From: an uncultured Chthonomonadaceae bacterium
Lineage (GTDB): Bacteria; Armatimonadota; Chthonomonadetes; Chthonomonadales; Chthonomonadaceae
DNA length: 64,000 bases
NCBI GenBank assembly: GCA_963835065.1
Contig: CAWIEK010000011.1
Span: forward strand, 32,001 to 96,000
Reading direction: 5' to 3'
The translations under genes and the position numbers were made by a program. The first letter of the stretch is position 1. Every line of letters begins with the position of its first letter. This document shows positions 29,065-39,854 of the stretch, piece by piece. The notes beneath the pieces were generated by a model, which saw nothing but the letters and a program-made list of their open reading frames with translations, was not told the DNA's origin and did not search any database.

Positions 29065-30777
29065 ATGAGCATTGAAGGAGTATTGCCGCGCCGGGACGGG
29101 CGAGAAAACACGCAGTCCGCGCTTCCGCAGGCGGTTGGGCAAAAAGCCGCCGACGTTTTGGAGGCGGCAGTCGGCAGCGCGCAGGAGGGGGAAGACAAGC
29201 CGCGCAGTATTGAGCAGGAACTGCGCGCCAGCAAGGAAGCGCTCGACCTTGCCATTAACGGCGCGCAACTGGGAACCTTCTACTGCGACATGCCCCCCAA
29301 CCATATTGTCTGGAACGACACCTGCAAGGATCATTTCTTCCTGCCCCACGATGCCACAGTGGACTTCGACCTGTTTTATGCGCGTTTGCACCCCGATGAC
29401 CGCGAACCGACCCGGCAGGCGGTCATGCGCTGCATTGAGGACGGCGTTCAGTATAATATGGAATACAGAACCGTCGCCCCGGATGGCCGGATGCGCTGGA
29501 TCAACGCCATCGGCAAAACCTATTACGACGAAGAAGGCAAGCCCCTGCGCTTCGACGGCATCACCATTGACATTACGGAGCAAAAGACGCGGGAGCAAAC
29601 GCTCAATTTTCTAATCGAACTCAATGACGCTACGCGGCAGATGCAGGAACCCGAAGAAATCATGGCGACGGCAGCGCGCCTGTTGGGGGAGTTTATGCGG
29701 GTATCCCGGTGCGCGTATGCCACTGTGGAAGCGGACGAAGACCATTTCACGATCTACAAGGATTACACGAACGGCTGCGCCAGTTGCGCGGGCAGTTACC
29801 GGCTGGAATTGTTCGGACCGCGCGCCGTCGCGCAACTGCGCGCCGGTCAAACGTATATCGTCCGTGACCGGGACCGGGAGGCCACAGTTGAGGATGACCT
29901 TGCCGCGTTTCGCGCCATTGACATACAGGCCATTATCTGCACTTCGCTGATCAAAAGCGGGCGTTTTGCGGCCATGATGGCGGTGCATCAGACGGAGCCG
30001 CGCCAATGGACAGCCGGGGAAATCAAGCTGATGGAAATGGTGGCCGAGCGTTCCTGGGCGATCATCGAGCGGGCGTATGCCGATAAGCGCTTGAAGGAGC
30101 GTTCCGAGGAGATTGCCGCGCTCAACATCCAGCTGCGCCGCTCCATACAGGAGACCCACCACCGCGTCAAGAACAACCTGCAAATCATTGCGGCTCTGGC
30201 CGAACTGCAAATGGACGACGACGCGATGGTTCCCGCCGCCGCCTTGAAGCGCATGAGCCAGCATACCCGCTCCCTCGCGGCGATTCACGACCTGCTGACG
30301 CAGCAGATCAAAGACGATGCGCATACGGACAGCATTTCGGCAAAAGCGATCATGAACAAATTGGTTCCCCTGCTGCAAATCACGGCGGGCGAACGCTCCC
30401 TTTACTGCCTGTCGGACGACTTTATGTTGCCGGTGCGGGAAGGCGCATCGCTCACGCTGCTGGCAAGCGAACTCGTGGGCAACGCCATCAAGCATGGGGC
30501 CGGGGCCATCAGGGTGACGCTGCATCAGGAGGCAGAAACCGCGCGCCTGACGGTGACGGATGAGGGCAAAGGCTTTCCCGATGGGTTTAATGCCGCAAAA
30601 GCCGCGAACACCGGTTTGAGTTTGATAGACAGCACAGGGCGCTACGACCTGCGCGGAACCATCGTCTACCAAAACCGACCCACAGGCGGGGCGCAGGTTG
30701 TCGTCACGTTTCCCATTACGCGGACAGAGGAAAAAGACACGAATGAATTGTTGTTCGATGGAAAAGGAGCGATATGA
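29065..30777 (+). CDS. PAS/GAF sensor histidine kinase (HisKA_2 type)
   Basis: LHPDDRE...EYRTV..DGRMRWI PAS domain; GAF domain ending PRQWT; ETHHRVKNNLQ; ELVGNAIKHG and DEGKG. Confidence 0.92.
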   Translation: MSIEGVLPRRDGRENTQSALPQAVGQKAADVLEAAVGSAQEGEDKPRSIEQELRASKEALDLAINGAQLGTFYCDMPPNHIVWNDTCKDHFFLPHDATVDFDLFYARLHPDDREPTRQAVMRCIEDGVQYNMEYRTVAPDGRMRWINAIGKTYYDEEGKPLRFDGITIDITEQKTREQTLNFLIELNDATRQMQEPEEIMATAARLLGEFMRVSRCAYATVEADEDHFTIYKDYTNGCASCAGSYRLELFGPRAVAQLRAGQTYIVRDRDREATVEDDLAAFRAIDIQAIICTSLIKSGRFAAMMAVHQTEPRQWTAGEIKLMEMVAERSWAIIERAYADKRLKERSEEIAALNIQLRRSIQETHHRVKNNLQIIAALAELQMDDDAMVPAAALKRMSQHTRSLAAIHDLLTQQIKDDAHTDSISAKAIMNKLVPLLQITAGERSLYCLSDDFMLPVREGASLTLLASELVGNAIKHGAGAIRVTLHQEAETARLTVTDEGKGFPDGFNAAKAANTGLSLIDSTGRYDLRGTIVYQNRPTGGAQVVVTFPITRTEEKDTNELLFDGKGAI

Positions 30778-31571
30778 AACTCGGAGCGAATTCTGTGTTG
30801 TTTGGCGGGCATGATCTGGAAACGGCTTTTAAGTATCTGGCCCTGTCGGGCTACGACGGCATCGAACTGTCGGCCATTGACGGCATGAGCGAGCATCTGG
30901 TGTTGGACAACTGGCGCGAACTGGCCCCAACGATTAAAAAACTGTCGAGCGATTACGGGCTGGAACTGCTGGCAATGGAGCAGCCGAACCAGAACCCGGA
31001 AAAGATGGAGCAGGCGTTTCAGGCCGCCGCGGAAATCGGTATTCCCATCGTCAACTGCGGGCCGGGCGGCAAATCCGACGATGAAAGCAGCCTGCAGGAA
31101 AGCATTGACTCGCTCGGTCGCCTTGCGGATCGGGCGCAGGCGCATGGCGTGATTTTGTGCGTGAAAGCGCACGTTGGGGCAAGCATATACAACACGCCCA
31201 CAACCCTGCGGGCGATGGAAGCGATTACATCCCCCGCCTTCGGCATTGACATGGACCCCTCGCACATCTGGCGCGCGGGCGAAAACCCTGTAGACGCGAT
31301 TACCGCCGTGCTGTCCCGCGTCAAGCATGTCCATATCCGCGACTGCAAGGGGCGGCAGCAAAACCCCGGCAAGCCCGAAGACCAGGCCAACGGGCGGGGC
31401 GACATTGATCTCGTCGGCTACATCGGCGCATTGCACAAGGGCGGCTACACCGGCCCGGTCAATCTGGAAATCATCGGCGCGAAAACGTATAGCGTGGAGC
31501 AGTGCTGCATCATCGCGGCGGAATCGCGCGGCCATATACAGGCGTGTCTGCAAGCCTGTGGCGCGCGGTAA
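30774..31571 (+). CDS. Sugar phosphate isomerase/epimerase (xylose isomerase-like TIM barrel)
   Basis: GYDGIEL, DPSH, HVHIRD, GRGDID and GYTGPVNLE. Confidence 0.88.
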   Translation: MKLGANSVLFGGHDLETAFKYLALSGYDGIELSAIDGMSEHLVLDNWRELAPTIKKLSSDYGLELLAMEQPNQNPEKMEQAFQAAAEIGIPIVNCGPGGKSDDESSLQESIDSLGRLADRAQAHGVILCVKAHVGASIYNTPTTLRAMEAITSPAFGIDMDPSHIWRAGENPVDAITAVLSRVKHVHIRDCKGRQQNPGKPEDQANGRGDIDLVGYIGALHKGGYTGPVNLEIIGAKTYSVEQCCIIAAESRGHIQACLQACGAR

Positions 31572-31652
31572 AGCCTTGTAAATTTTCGCTATTTATCCGA
31601 GAGGAAGGGTATGCTATAATTCAGCAAAGCGATACAGAAGGGAACTGCGACA

Positions 31653-31886
31653 ATGAAAGAAATCCAACTTTCGCCCGAAGCGCAATGCCAGGAAGCCGCC
31701 CTTGAAGCCGCAATGGAACGGCTGCGTGTGGAGCGGCTGAAGAGCGATGCTCAAAACCGTGCCCTTCAATCTCTAATCGAACGTGAAGAGCAACTTGCAA
31801 CGCAGCTTCAAGAGGTTCTCAGGGTTCGTAAATCAATAAGTTCCCAACCAGCGGAAAGGCCGCTCTCTGCTAACGGGAAGTGGTGA
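31653..31886 (+). CDS. Small coiled-coil protein, paralog of 39611..39854
   Basis: TGCTATAAT promoter at 31612-31620; MKEIQLSPEAQCQEAALEAAMERL aligns with MAEVQLSSEARRQIAALEATNERL. Confidence 0.6.
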   Translation: MKEIQLSPEAQCQEAALEAAMERLRVERLKSDAQNRALQSLIEREEQLATQLQEVLRVRKSISSQPAERPLSANGKW

Positions 31887-32199
31887 AGGTTTTGGGAAAC
31901 GGGTGGGCAGAAAAAAGGATATGTAGAGTCATCGTCGAAATCTTGGCAATACAGCGCTTCCAGCCCGATGTCTCGTTGTGTCAAGTTGTAGGAGTGAGGC
32001 GTCGTGACCTCAGCAACGTCAGGGTGGGCGGGTGTGGACAGGCATCTTCTTGCGCCTCCCTTCCTGTGGGTGTAACATCTGTGTAGTAGACGTATGTGCA
32101 TGTTTAGACAGGCTGAGTGAGGCAAAGGTTTCGTTTGTTTCGCGTTATTTTTAATTTTTTTGGATTGATTTTGCGGCAGGTTTGCTGTTGGCGTCGCCA

Positions 32200-32314
32200 G
32201 CAAAACACGCAGATGCTGAGCGAGAGGGATGCGGAAATCGCTTAGGATATTCACCAACAGCACACCCAGGAGCGCCACGCCTCGTAGGATGTCCAGTGCG
32301 GTGTAGCGTTCCAT
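32200..32314 (-). pseudogene. N-terminal remnant of a DUF418/YeiB-family membrane protein
   Basis: MERYTALDILRGVALLGVLLVNI family motif, then immediate loss of coding character. Confidence 0.6.
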
Positions 32315-32381
32315 TGCGCTGACAGGCTGCTAATGACTTAGATTTGCGCCAGTTGTCGTAATGCGCAGATGCTCCCTAGAA

Positions 32382-32443
32382 CGCCATTCACAAACGCAAA
32401 ATCAGCCCTCTTGAGAGGGCTGATTTTGCGTTTGTGAATGGCG
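32382..32443. terminator. Long perfect hairpin, probably a terminator
   Basis: 30-bp perfect inverted arms CGCCATTCACAAACGCAAAATCAGCCCTCT, downstream of the PEP-CTERM genes. Confidence 0.7.
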
Positions 32444-32466
32444 CAGAATGCCGCCACCAGAACGCT

Positions 32467-33369
32467 TTAGTCTGCCCCACGTTTCCGTCTAAGCCTCAGC
32501 AAACCCATTCCACTCATGCCCAGGCCGACGAGTAAGGCGATGTTGCCGGGTTCCGGTACAGCGTTGATGAGATGGAACGAGGAGTGGCCGTAGGTTACTC
32601 CATCGTTTCTGACACGAAAGTTATTGACGTTCAATGCCGTTCCATCTTCCAGTGTGCCGGCGAGTGAGTAAAGGCTGTATCCGTTGATGTAGTTCGGATT
32701 GATCAGGGACGCGACAAGGCCACTGCCGTAAATGTTGATTGTGCCGCCTTCCGCCGCGCGCAAGCCCCCAGCAAACAGGCCGCCATAGATGTTGAGAATG
32801 CCCTGATTAAAAGCATCCACCTCTCCGGTGATATTGCCGCCGGTGACGTTGACGATGCAACTGCCCAGGGAATTGCCCAGATAGTCCGTGCTGCCGTTGG
32901 CAACCAGCGCTCCGACCGTGCCGCCACTGACGTTGATCTGCTTGCCCTGCCCCTCCAGATCATCCACATTGCCGCCACTCACATTGATGATGGCCGCATC
33001 ATCGCTGAGGACAAAACCGCTGCTGCCACCAGAGATGTTGACAGTGCTGTTGTCATAGGGGAAAAGGCCGGCAACATTTCCCCCGGAGATACTGACCACG
33101 CTGGAATTGAAAATGTCCATCTCATTGGGAATGTCGGCTCCCACCACGACCTGAACTGTGGGCGAAGACGGGCCGGTGAAGTGGCGGCTGAAATCATTGT
33201 CATCGTAGTAGCCGCCCGCATAGCCGACAATGGCAAAGTCGGTGTTGACCGCGTTGTTGAGGGTGGCATTGTTAGGGTAGTAGGTGTAGGAGAAGGCAAA
33301 TTGGGCGCGCGCCTGCGTTGCGCTCAGCAGCGTTAGCCCGACAAGGGCGAGAGAGAATTTCAGGTTCAT
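32467..33369 (-). CDS. PEP-CTERM protein with (V/I)N(I/V)SGG beta-helix-like repeats
   Basis: Signal peptide; repeated VNISGG/INVSGG; C-terminal VPEPG-transmembrane-RRKR. Confidence 0.9.
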   Translation of the reverse strand: MNLKFSLALVGLTLLSATQARAQFAFSYTYYPNNATLNNAVNTDFAIVGYAGGYYDDNDFSRHFTGPSSPTVQVVVGADIPNEMDIFNSSVVSISGGNVAGLFPYDNSTVNISGGSSGFVLSDDAAIINVSGGNVDDLEGQGKQINVSGGTVGALVANGSTDYLGNSLGSCIVNVTGGNITGEVDAFNQGILNIYGGLFAGGLRAAEGGTINIYGSGLVASLINPNYINGYSLYSLAGTLEDGTALNVNNFRVRNDGVTYGHSSFHLINAVPEPGNIALLVGLGMSGMGLLRLRRKRGAD

Positions 33370-33402
33370 AGATGGTGTTTTCCTTTTCAGAGTACGGCTC
33401 GT

Positions 33403-34107
33403 TTACTTGCGGGCGCGACAGCGGCGAATGGCGAAGACGCCTCCGCTTACGCTCAGTCCAAGGAGAATCGCAACGCTGCCGGGTTCGGGGACTGCGGCGG
33501 GAGCGACCGTAAAGCGCACATTATCATAGCCGGCCCAGAGATCGTAACTGAAAGTGTCGGTGTCGCCGGTCACGACGAGATAGCGGATTGGATCGTTGCT
33601 GTCCAGCGTAACGCGCGCCGAGGCAAAGGTCGGGCTGAAGGCATACACCTCCCCGCTCACATAGTTCAAGTCGGCGTCCAGACCATAAAACAGAGCGCTT
33701 CCAAACCCCCAGTAGGTATCGAGGCTGACATCCATCACCGGTTGATCGAAGGCGATCCAGAAGTTGGGATCGCCGTTAGCATTGACATAGTCGGTGAGAC
33801 TGTGCAGCACATTGCCGGAAGGCAGCTCGGACGGATCGGCGGAGGCCGGGAAAGAGGGATCGAAGTCTGTTGCGGTGGCCGTCATTCCCGTATTGGTGGC
33901 GAAGGGAGTCCCGCTGAAATTGTTGCCACCCAGCACATTCGGGACGAAGTGTGCGCCCCAGGCGGCATACTGCTCCGAGATAGTCGTCCCTTCCAAAATC
34001 GCATTGCCGGAAGCGTCCGTGTCGAAATCAATCGTGTGGGTTTGTGCCTGCGCGCCTCCTGCCCACAACATCAGGGCAAGCACGACAAGCGCTATTCGCG
34101 TTTGCAT
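33403..34107 (-). CDS. PEP-CTERM protein
   Basis: Signal peptide AQA-Q; C-terminal VPEPGSVAILLG...RRCRARK. Confidence 0.9.
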   Translation of the reverse strand: MQTRIALVVLALMLWAGGAQAQTHTIDFDTDASGNAILEGTTISEQYAAWGAHFVPNVLGGNNFSGTPFATNTGMTATATDFDPSFPASADPSELPSGNVLHSLTDYVNANGDPNFWIAFDQPVMDVSLDTYWGFGSALFYGLDADLNYVSGEVYAFSPTFASARVTLDSNDPIRYLVVTGDTDTFSYDLWAGYDNVRFTVAPAAVPEPGSVAILLGLSVSGGVFAIRRCRARK

Positions 34108-34141
34108 CGTAAGTTTTCCTTTCAAGCTGTTCATTCACTTT

Positions 34142-35660
34142 TTAGAGGCGACCGGCGCCGGAATACACATGAGAAACCGTGATGTCTGTGCCGACGCGCA
34201 GGGCGGGCAGGGAGAAACTGAACACAACATCGAGCGACGCGCCGGGGGCGAGGGAGCCGTTGGGGACACCCAACGCATAATAACTGCTGCCTAGCGGCTC
34301 GGCCACCTGCGTCTTTCCACTCACCTGCGGGCTGGCAAGAAAGGCGGCTCCGGGCGTGGTGAGCGTGACCTTGAGCAGGCCGGCCATCGGTGTGCCGGAC
34401 AAATTTTTCAGCGTCACAACGCGCTCCCATAGCTTGGAAACGGGATTGTAGCGCGGTTTGGCGGAGACGGTGATGCCCAGTTGGTTCGTGACTTCCTGTG
34501 GCGTTGGCAGGACGACATCCGAGGGCGTCAGCAAAACCGCTTCCGCCGAACGAATGGCAAATTGGCCCGGATAATACTCGAAGGCGACAAATCCCTCTGC
34601 CGCGATCTGCCCTTTGCTGTTGATGGCGTAAGGGAGCAGATGGGTGTAGGGCAACGCCTCGTCGGTCATGGCAATGAGGTTTTTTGTCCTGCTGCCGTCG
34701 TAGTAGAAGCCGGAATAGGGATGGAACGAATCGGAATACAGGCCCTCATCGCCGCTGCCGAACGCGCCTACGGCTTGTCCGGCGTCGTTGATGTCTACGG
34801 CAATGGACTTGGCTCCGAAGTGGTGAATATCAGTGAGAGTTCCGCCCGACCAGAGGGCGGCATGGTCCTGTCCATGTCCAAGCTGCAGTTCCACGTAGCC
34901 TGCCACGTTGCCATTGCCGTTGATGGCCCGCGCCCCGCCGCCTACTCCCAGGAAGGGAAGCGCTCTGCCTCCGTTGACGCTGTCCCAGAGGAAGGGCAGG
35001 CTTGGCGCGGTGGAGTTGACATTGCCTTCGCCCACGACCTGCCCCGCGTCGTTGAGGCCATACGCGGTTGCGCCCGTACCCGGAACGTTCAAGGCCGTTG
35101 GAACGCCATTCGCATCCCAGAGAACCGGCGTCGTCAGCCTTGCGCCTGGTGAAAACGACTGCCCTGCGATCTGGTTCGCGTTGTTTATTTTGCGCGGGAA
35201 CACGGAAGCGCCCGCTTGCAGCGGCAATAGAGGCGTTGCCGCGCCGCCGGCGAACAGGAAGTACCCGTTACCGGAGCCGTTCAGCGCGCTGTAAAAGCCG
35301 ATAAGACTGCCGCTGTCGTTGATGCCGGACCGTATAACTCAGAAAGGTAGAATTGGGATATACGGAATCGAACGCGTACTGCATTCCATTCACGGCATCC
35401 CATTCAAAGCCGAACAGGAAACCGCCGACCTTGCCGCCATTCGGCGAAGTTACCTGTCTTCCCGACGAGCCGCCCACCACCTGCGCAGTGGCATTAAGGC
35501 TGACACCGCGACTGAGCTTTAAGTTGTCATCGCCAGGCAGCCAGCCCAGCCGTGTCACCGTGAAACTGTTTTGCCCCAAAGCGGGTCTGGTCGTTGTGAC
35601 TGCCGTGACGGTTCCCGTAGTGAGAGCCAGAGCGAGAATACTGCGGAAGAGTGGTTTCAT
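34142..35660 (-). CDS. Secreted HAF-repeat (beta-propeller-like) protein, frameshift near 35328
   Basis: Signal peptide MKPLFRSIL...; repeats AYGLNDAGQVVG, ARAINGNGNVAG, HAALW and AVDINDAGQAVG. Confidence 0.82.
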
Positions 35661-35864
35661 GCATGTGTTACCTTTCAAGAAAGCAAACGTTGTGAGAGAA
35701 CTGCCTGCGGAACAGTTACTTGCAGGCGCAGTATTTTCGGGGGGCGCATAAAGAGGAGAAGTTTCCGGCTGCCCTTCTGAGAAGAAAGGATGGCAGGCCA
35801 GCGTGTCAAAAAGTGTTACAAAGCAGCAGGATTTTTCGCCGTTCACAGTAAATCTAGTTCTGAA

Positions 35865-38800
35865 ATGAAAGACAGCCCGAAATCAACTGTTTTCGCATCG
35901 CCGGAAGAGGATCCCCCCGCTCCTTGCCTCTGCCTGTTCGGCGTTTTTTCCCTCAGCGTTCAGGGACGCGCCGCGCAGTCTCTCTCCCGCGCCGCAAAAG
36001 AACTGCTGGCCCTGCTTGTGCTGCGCGGCGAAACCCAGACCACACGCTCCTGGCTTGTGGGTGTTCTCTGGCCCGATGCCGCGCCCGACCGCGTTCTTTA
36101 CTACCTGCGCCGCACCCTGAGCGAACTCCGCGCCGCGCTCGGTCCCGACCGCAACCGGCTTGTCTCGCCGGATACGACAACCCTGCGCTTCGACACAAAG
36201 GGAATAAGTTGTGATGTTCTCGACTTCGACTGCCTGGTAAAGCAGAACACCGAGGCGGCCTTATCGCAGGCGGTAGCGCTGTATCACGGCGCGCTGCTTG
36301 AAAATCACGACGCGGAATGGATTGGACCGGAACGCTTCGCCCGCGCGGAACGCTATCTCGCCGCGTTGGAAACGCTTGCCGGGTTGCGGGAGCAGGGGGG
36401 AAATTTACCGGAAGCGGCGCGTTTGTGGCAGCGCTCTCTCGCCGCCGACCGCCTGCGCGAACCGGCGTATCGCCGTCTTATGGGGATTTATGGGCGGTTG
36501 GGCGATGGGGTAGGCATGGAGCGGCTGTACCGCGAGTTACGACGTCACCTGTGGGACGAACTGCACGTCGAGCCGACCGCAGAAACCACCGCGCTGTACC
36601 AGGCTCTTCGCGCTCGAATGCAGACGCGTTCCACAGAGCGTATTGAAGAAAACAGACTGGCCGCGTCTCTTGCCGCCGCACCCGCTTTACCCTGCCCGCT
36701 GACCCTGCTCGTGGGGCGGGTAGCGGAACAGGAGAAGAGTCATGCCGCGCTGCAAACCGCTCGCCTGGTGACGCTGGTTGGGCCGGGAGGCGTGGGAAAG
36801 ACCCGGCTGGCGCTGGCCGTCGGGGAACGGGAACGCCAGAACTATGCAGATGGCGCGCGCTTCGCCGACCTGACGCCTGCCAAAACCGACAAGGATGTGC
36901 CGCAGGCCGTCATAGCCGCGCTCGGCCTGGTCTCCGAGGCAGGCGTGACCATGCAGGAGGCGCTGCGCGGCTTTTTTCAGCCCCGGCAGTTGCTGCTGAT
37001 TCTGGACAACGCCGAGCATCTTGCTGACGCCTGTGCCGCGCTTGCAGGCGAGTTGCTGCGCGCCTGTCCCCACCTGACGATTCTCTGCACCAGCCGCCAG
37101 CCGCTGTATGTTCCCGGTGAGATTGTGCTGCCGATTGCGCCGCTTGCCGTGCCGGACGCGACCAGGCCCCATGCTTCGCCCGCCGTGTATGCAGAGAGCC
37201 TGTCACAGTATGATTCGGTCTCCCTGCTGCTGGACAGGGTTCGCCAGGCCGCGCCCGCCTTTCGCCTGACGCCGCGCAACGCCCCTGCGGTCGCCCACAT
37301 CTGCCGCCGCCTTGACGGACTTCCGCTGGCGCTGGAACTCGCTGCTGCCCGGTTCCGCAGCCTGTCTGCCTCGGAGATTGCCGCCAGGCTGGATACCCGA
37401 TTTCGCCTGCTGGGAAGCGGCAATCCCGCCCTGCCGCGCCATCGCACCCTGCACGCCGCTCTCGATTGGAGTTACGATCTGCTGACGGGAGCGGAGCGGC
37501 GCTTGCTGCGGCATCTCTGCGTGTTTCGGGGTGGCTGGACACTGGAAGCGGCGGAAGCGGTCTGCCCCGTTGAAGAATCGGAAACAGTGTCGCTTTTGAC
37601 CTCCCTGGTAGACAAATCGCTGGTGGTGTACGAAACGCCGGACGAGCAGGCGCGGTATCGCCTGCTGGAGATGACCCGGCAGTATGCGGCGGAACGCCTG
37701 GAGGCGGAGGAGCAATCGGCATTGGAAGCGCGTCATGCCGCCTTCTTTTATGACATGGCCCGCTCGGCGGATGCGGAGGCGCAGGCGACTTATCTGCCCC
37801 AGCGCACGCTTGCGCTCTGGCAGGAACGTGACAACTTCCGCTCTGTCCATGCCTGGTATCAGGAGCGGGATGCGGACAGGGCGTTGTGGCTGGAGTTCTT
37901 CCTGTATGCCGCTAGCATTTGGTCCCTACAGAACGCAGACGAGTGGATTTCCCGCTTGCAGCAGCCCATGCCTCCCACGCAAACCAGCATCTTCATCATG
38001 CTAATAGTGGGATCTTGGACACTCTGGAACGGACATTCCGCCTGCGAAGTTTTGTTACAAAACACACTGGCGTTGGCTCGCGCTTGCGACGAGCGCGTAC
38101 TTCAAATGCACGCGCTGGATCTGCTCAGTACCCTGGAAGAAGAGCGCGGCAACTCGCGCCGCGCATGGGAATATGCGGAACAGGCCATTGCCATCGCGCC
38201 GGATAATGTGAGTGCCTTTATTCTGGCGAGAATGGTGGGAAGGGCCGCGCTGTATATGGCGCAGTCGGGGGAAGCTGAGGCGGCCGTGGCGCGAATGCGG
38301 ACGCAACTTCAGGAAGGCCGACGAAGCAGCGACTGGCGCGTTGTTCATCCGACTTTGGATATTCTGGGACAAATTTTGCTGCAACAGGGCGAGTACGCGG
38401 AAGCCTGGGCGTACTGGAACGAGTGCGTTCCGCTTGCCGAGCAGTTCCAGCCCCAATCGCTGCCCAACCTGTGGCGGCAACTCGCGCAGACGGCTCGCAG
38501 GCAGAACAACAATGCGGAAACGTGGCGCTGTCTGGAGCAGGCGCTTGCCGTCAGTCAGCAGTTAAAGGCTCTGGATCGGGAAGGCTGGACGCGCTGGGAC
38601 ATGGCGGAACTGGCTTTTCAGCAGGGCGACCGGGCAGGAGCGCAGGCCCATTTGCGGGAGTGCTTTACTGTGTTCGAGGCCAATTTCGAGCCGCGCAGCC
38701 TGACCCTGTGCCTGATCAAAATGGCAAAGTTCTGCGCCGCCTGGGAACAGTACGCCCGGGCCGCCACTCTGCTGGGCAGTGTGGAACGGGCTTTTGAAGA

Positions 38801-38969
38801 AAAGAACTTTGCCACGAGTTCGCATCACCAGGAGCTTCGCGTCTCCCTTGCTGAGGACGTTTGCCGCGCCATCGGAGCCGAAGCGTGGCAGGCCGCTTGG
38901 GAGCGCGGCAGGCAAATGCCTCTGGCGCAAGCCGTGGCTTATGCCGCAGACCACGAGCGTTCCTCCTGA
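35865..38969 (+). CDS. AfsR/SARP-type regulator (wHTH-BTAD, STAND ATPase, TPR)
   Basis: LLALLVL...LWPD, ALYHGALL and LREPAYRRLM (BTAD); GPGGVGKT, LLILDNAEH and LDGLPLALELAA; intact FRGGWTLEAAEAVC...SLVDKSLV...RYRLLE; TPRs. Confidence 0.93.
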   Translation: MKDSPKSTVFASPEEDPPAPCLCLFGVFSLSVQGRAAQSLSRAAKELLALLVLRGETQTTRSWLVGVLWPDAAPDRVLYYLRRTLSELRAALGPDRNRLVSPDTTTLRFDTKGISCDVLDFDCLVKQNTEAALSQAVALYHGALLENHDAEWIGPERFARAERYLAALETLAGLREQGGNLPEAARLWQRSLAADRLREPAYRRLMGIYGRLGDGVGMERLYRELRRHLWDELHVEPTAETTALYQALRARMQTRSTERIEENRLAASLAAAPALPCPLTLLVGRVAEQEKSHAALQTARLVTLVGPGGVGKTRLALAVGERERQNYADGARFADLTPAKTDKDVPQAVIAALGLVSEAGVTMQEALRGFFQPRQLLLILDNAEHLADACAALAGELLRACPHLTILCTSRQPLYVPGEIVLPIAPLAVPDATRPHASPAVYAESLSQYDSVSLLLDRVRQAAPAFRLTPRNAPAVAHICRRLDGLPLALELAAARFRSLSASEIAARLDTRFRLLGSGNPALPRHRTLHAALDWSYDLLTGAERRLLRHLCVFRGGWTLEAAEAVCPVEESETVSLLTSLVDKSLVVYETPDEQARYRLLEMTRQYAAERLEAEEQSALEARHAAFFYDMARSADAEAQATYLPQRTLALWQERDNFRSVHAWYQERDADRALWLEFFLYAASIWSLQNADEWISRLQQPMPPTQTSIFIMLIVGSWTLWNGHSACEVLLQNTLALARACDERVLQMHALDLLSTLEEERGNSRRAWEYAEQAIAIAPDNVSAFILARMVGRAALYMAQSGEAEAAVARMRTQLQEGRRSSDWRVVHPTLDILGQILLQQGEYAEAWAYWNECVPLAEQFQPQSLPNLWRQLAQTARRQNNNAETWRCLEQALAVSQQLKALDREGWTRWDMAELAFQQGDRAGAQAHLRECFTVFEANFEPRSLTLCLIKMAKFCAAWEQYARAATLLGSVERAFEEKNFATSSHHQELRVSLAEDVCRAIGAEAWQAAWERGRQMPLAQAVAYAADHERSS

Positions 38970-39363
38970 CTGAAAAACGCTTCCGATGGCGTAACATTCA
39001 GGGAGTAAGCCGATTTTCGGCATACAGTGGCAGCACAATCTGGTGCAAAGAGATCGCTTGAACTAGCAATCATTGCCAGCGAGGAAGGATGGTCATCTTC
39101 TGAACCCAAATAATTTCCAAAGTGTGAAAACGGGCTTTTCAAGACCCTGCTCATCCAGGTACACTTATGCCCCATAACGCGTTTTATGCAGCACAACAAC
39201 ATTTCAAAGAGCGGCCAAGCAACCGCTCTTTCCATTCCCTCGATAGGCAGACATAACCCCTATTCTGTCAGTTCATTCTTCCAACCGCCATTTTAAACCA
39301 GAAATCCTCTCAATTGCTCGCTCGCTATTTTGTACGTGATAATCCCTTTTATCACGAAAAGCG

Positions 39364-39533
39364 GCGTTCAGCGCACTTTGAGAAGGGGCAGGTCGCCGGC
39401 GGAGTCGAGGGGTTCCTAGAGCTTGGGGCTTTGCTTGCCGGGGGCGACGAGTTCACGGACGCGGTTGAAGATGTAGCTGAAGGCGTTGCGGAACACGATT
39501 ACGCCGTCCGCGTCCACGTAGGCTTTGTTTTGC
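39364..39533 (-). pseudogene. Orphan copy of the last ~55 codons of the WD40-caspase gene (direct repeat of 42369..42538)
   Basis: 160/170 nt identical by manual alignment; contains a TAC to TAG change. Confidence 0.92.
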
Positions 39534-39610
39534 TGTTGGGAATGTTCGCTTTCTCTCTACAGGCAGGGATAGGGTATAATCAAAAAGGTAGATAGAAAGG
39601 AAGCACGACG

Positions 39611-39854
39611 ATGGCAGAAGTCACAACTTTCGTCCGAAGCCAGACGCCAGATTGCCGCCCTGGAAGCGACAAACGAACGATTGCTTACGGAAGGCATGAA
39701 CCTCGACGCGCGTACCAAAGCCCTTGAAGAACTCACGCGCCGCAAGGAAAACATGGTTCGCCGCTATCAGGAATTTCTCGCTGAAATCCAGGCCGAACGC
39801 CAGGCCATTGAAGCCGAGTACCAGCGTATCAACAGCGTGAGCAAGTCAAGCTGA
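39611..39854 (+). CDS. Small coiled-coil partner of the HNH nuclease (frameshift near 39623)
   Basis: TATAAT and AAAGGA upstream; MAEV/QLSSEARRQIAALE...YQRINSVSKSS*; TGATG overlap with the HNH gene. Confidence 0.6.

Noticed and set aside
31808..32314. 168-aa ORF as an intact gene
   Set aside because: Only the first ~35 aa resemble DUF418; the rest looks non-coding, so it is recorded as a remnant.
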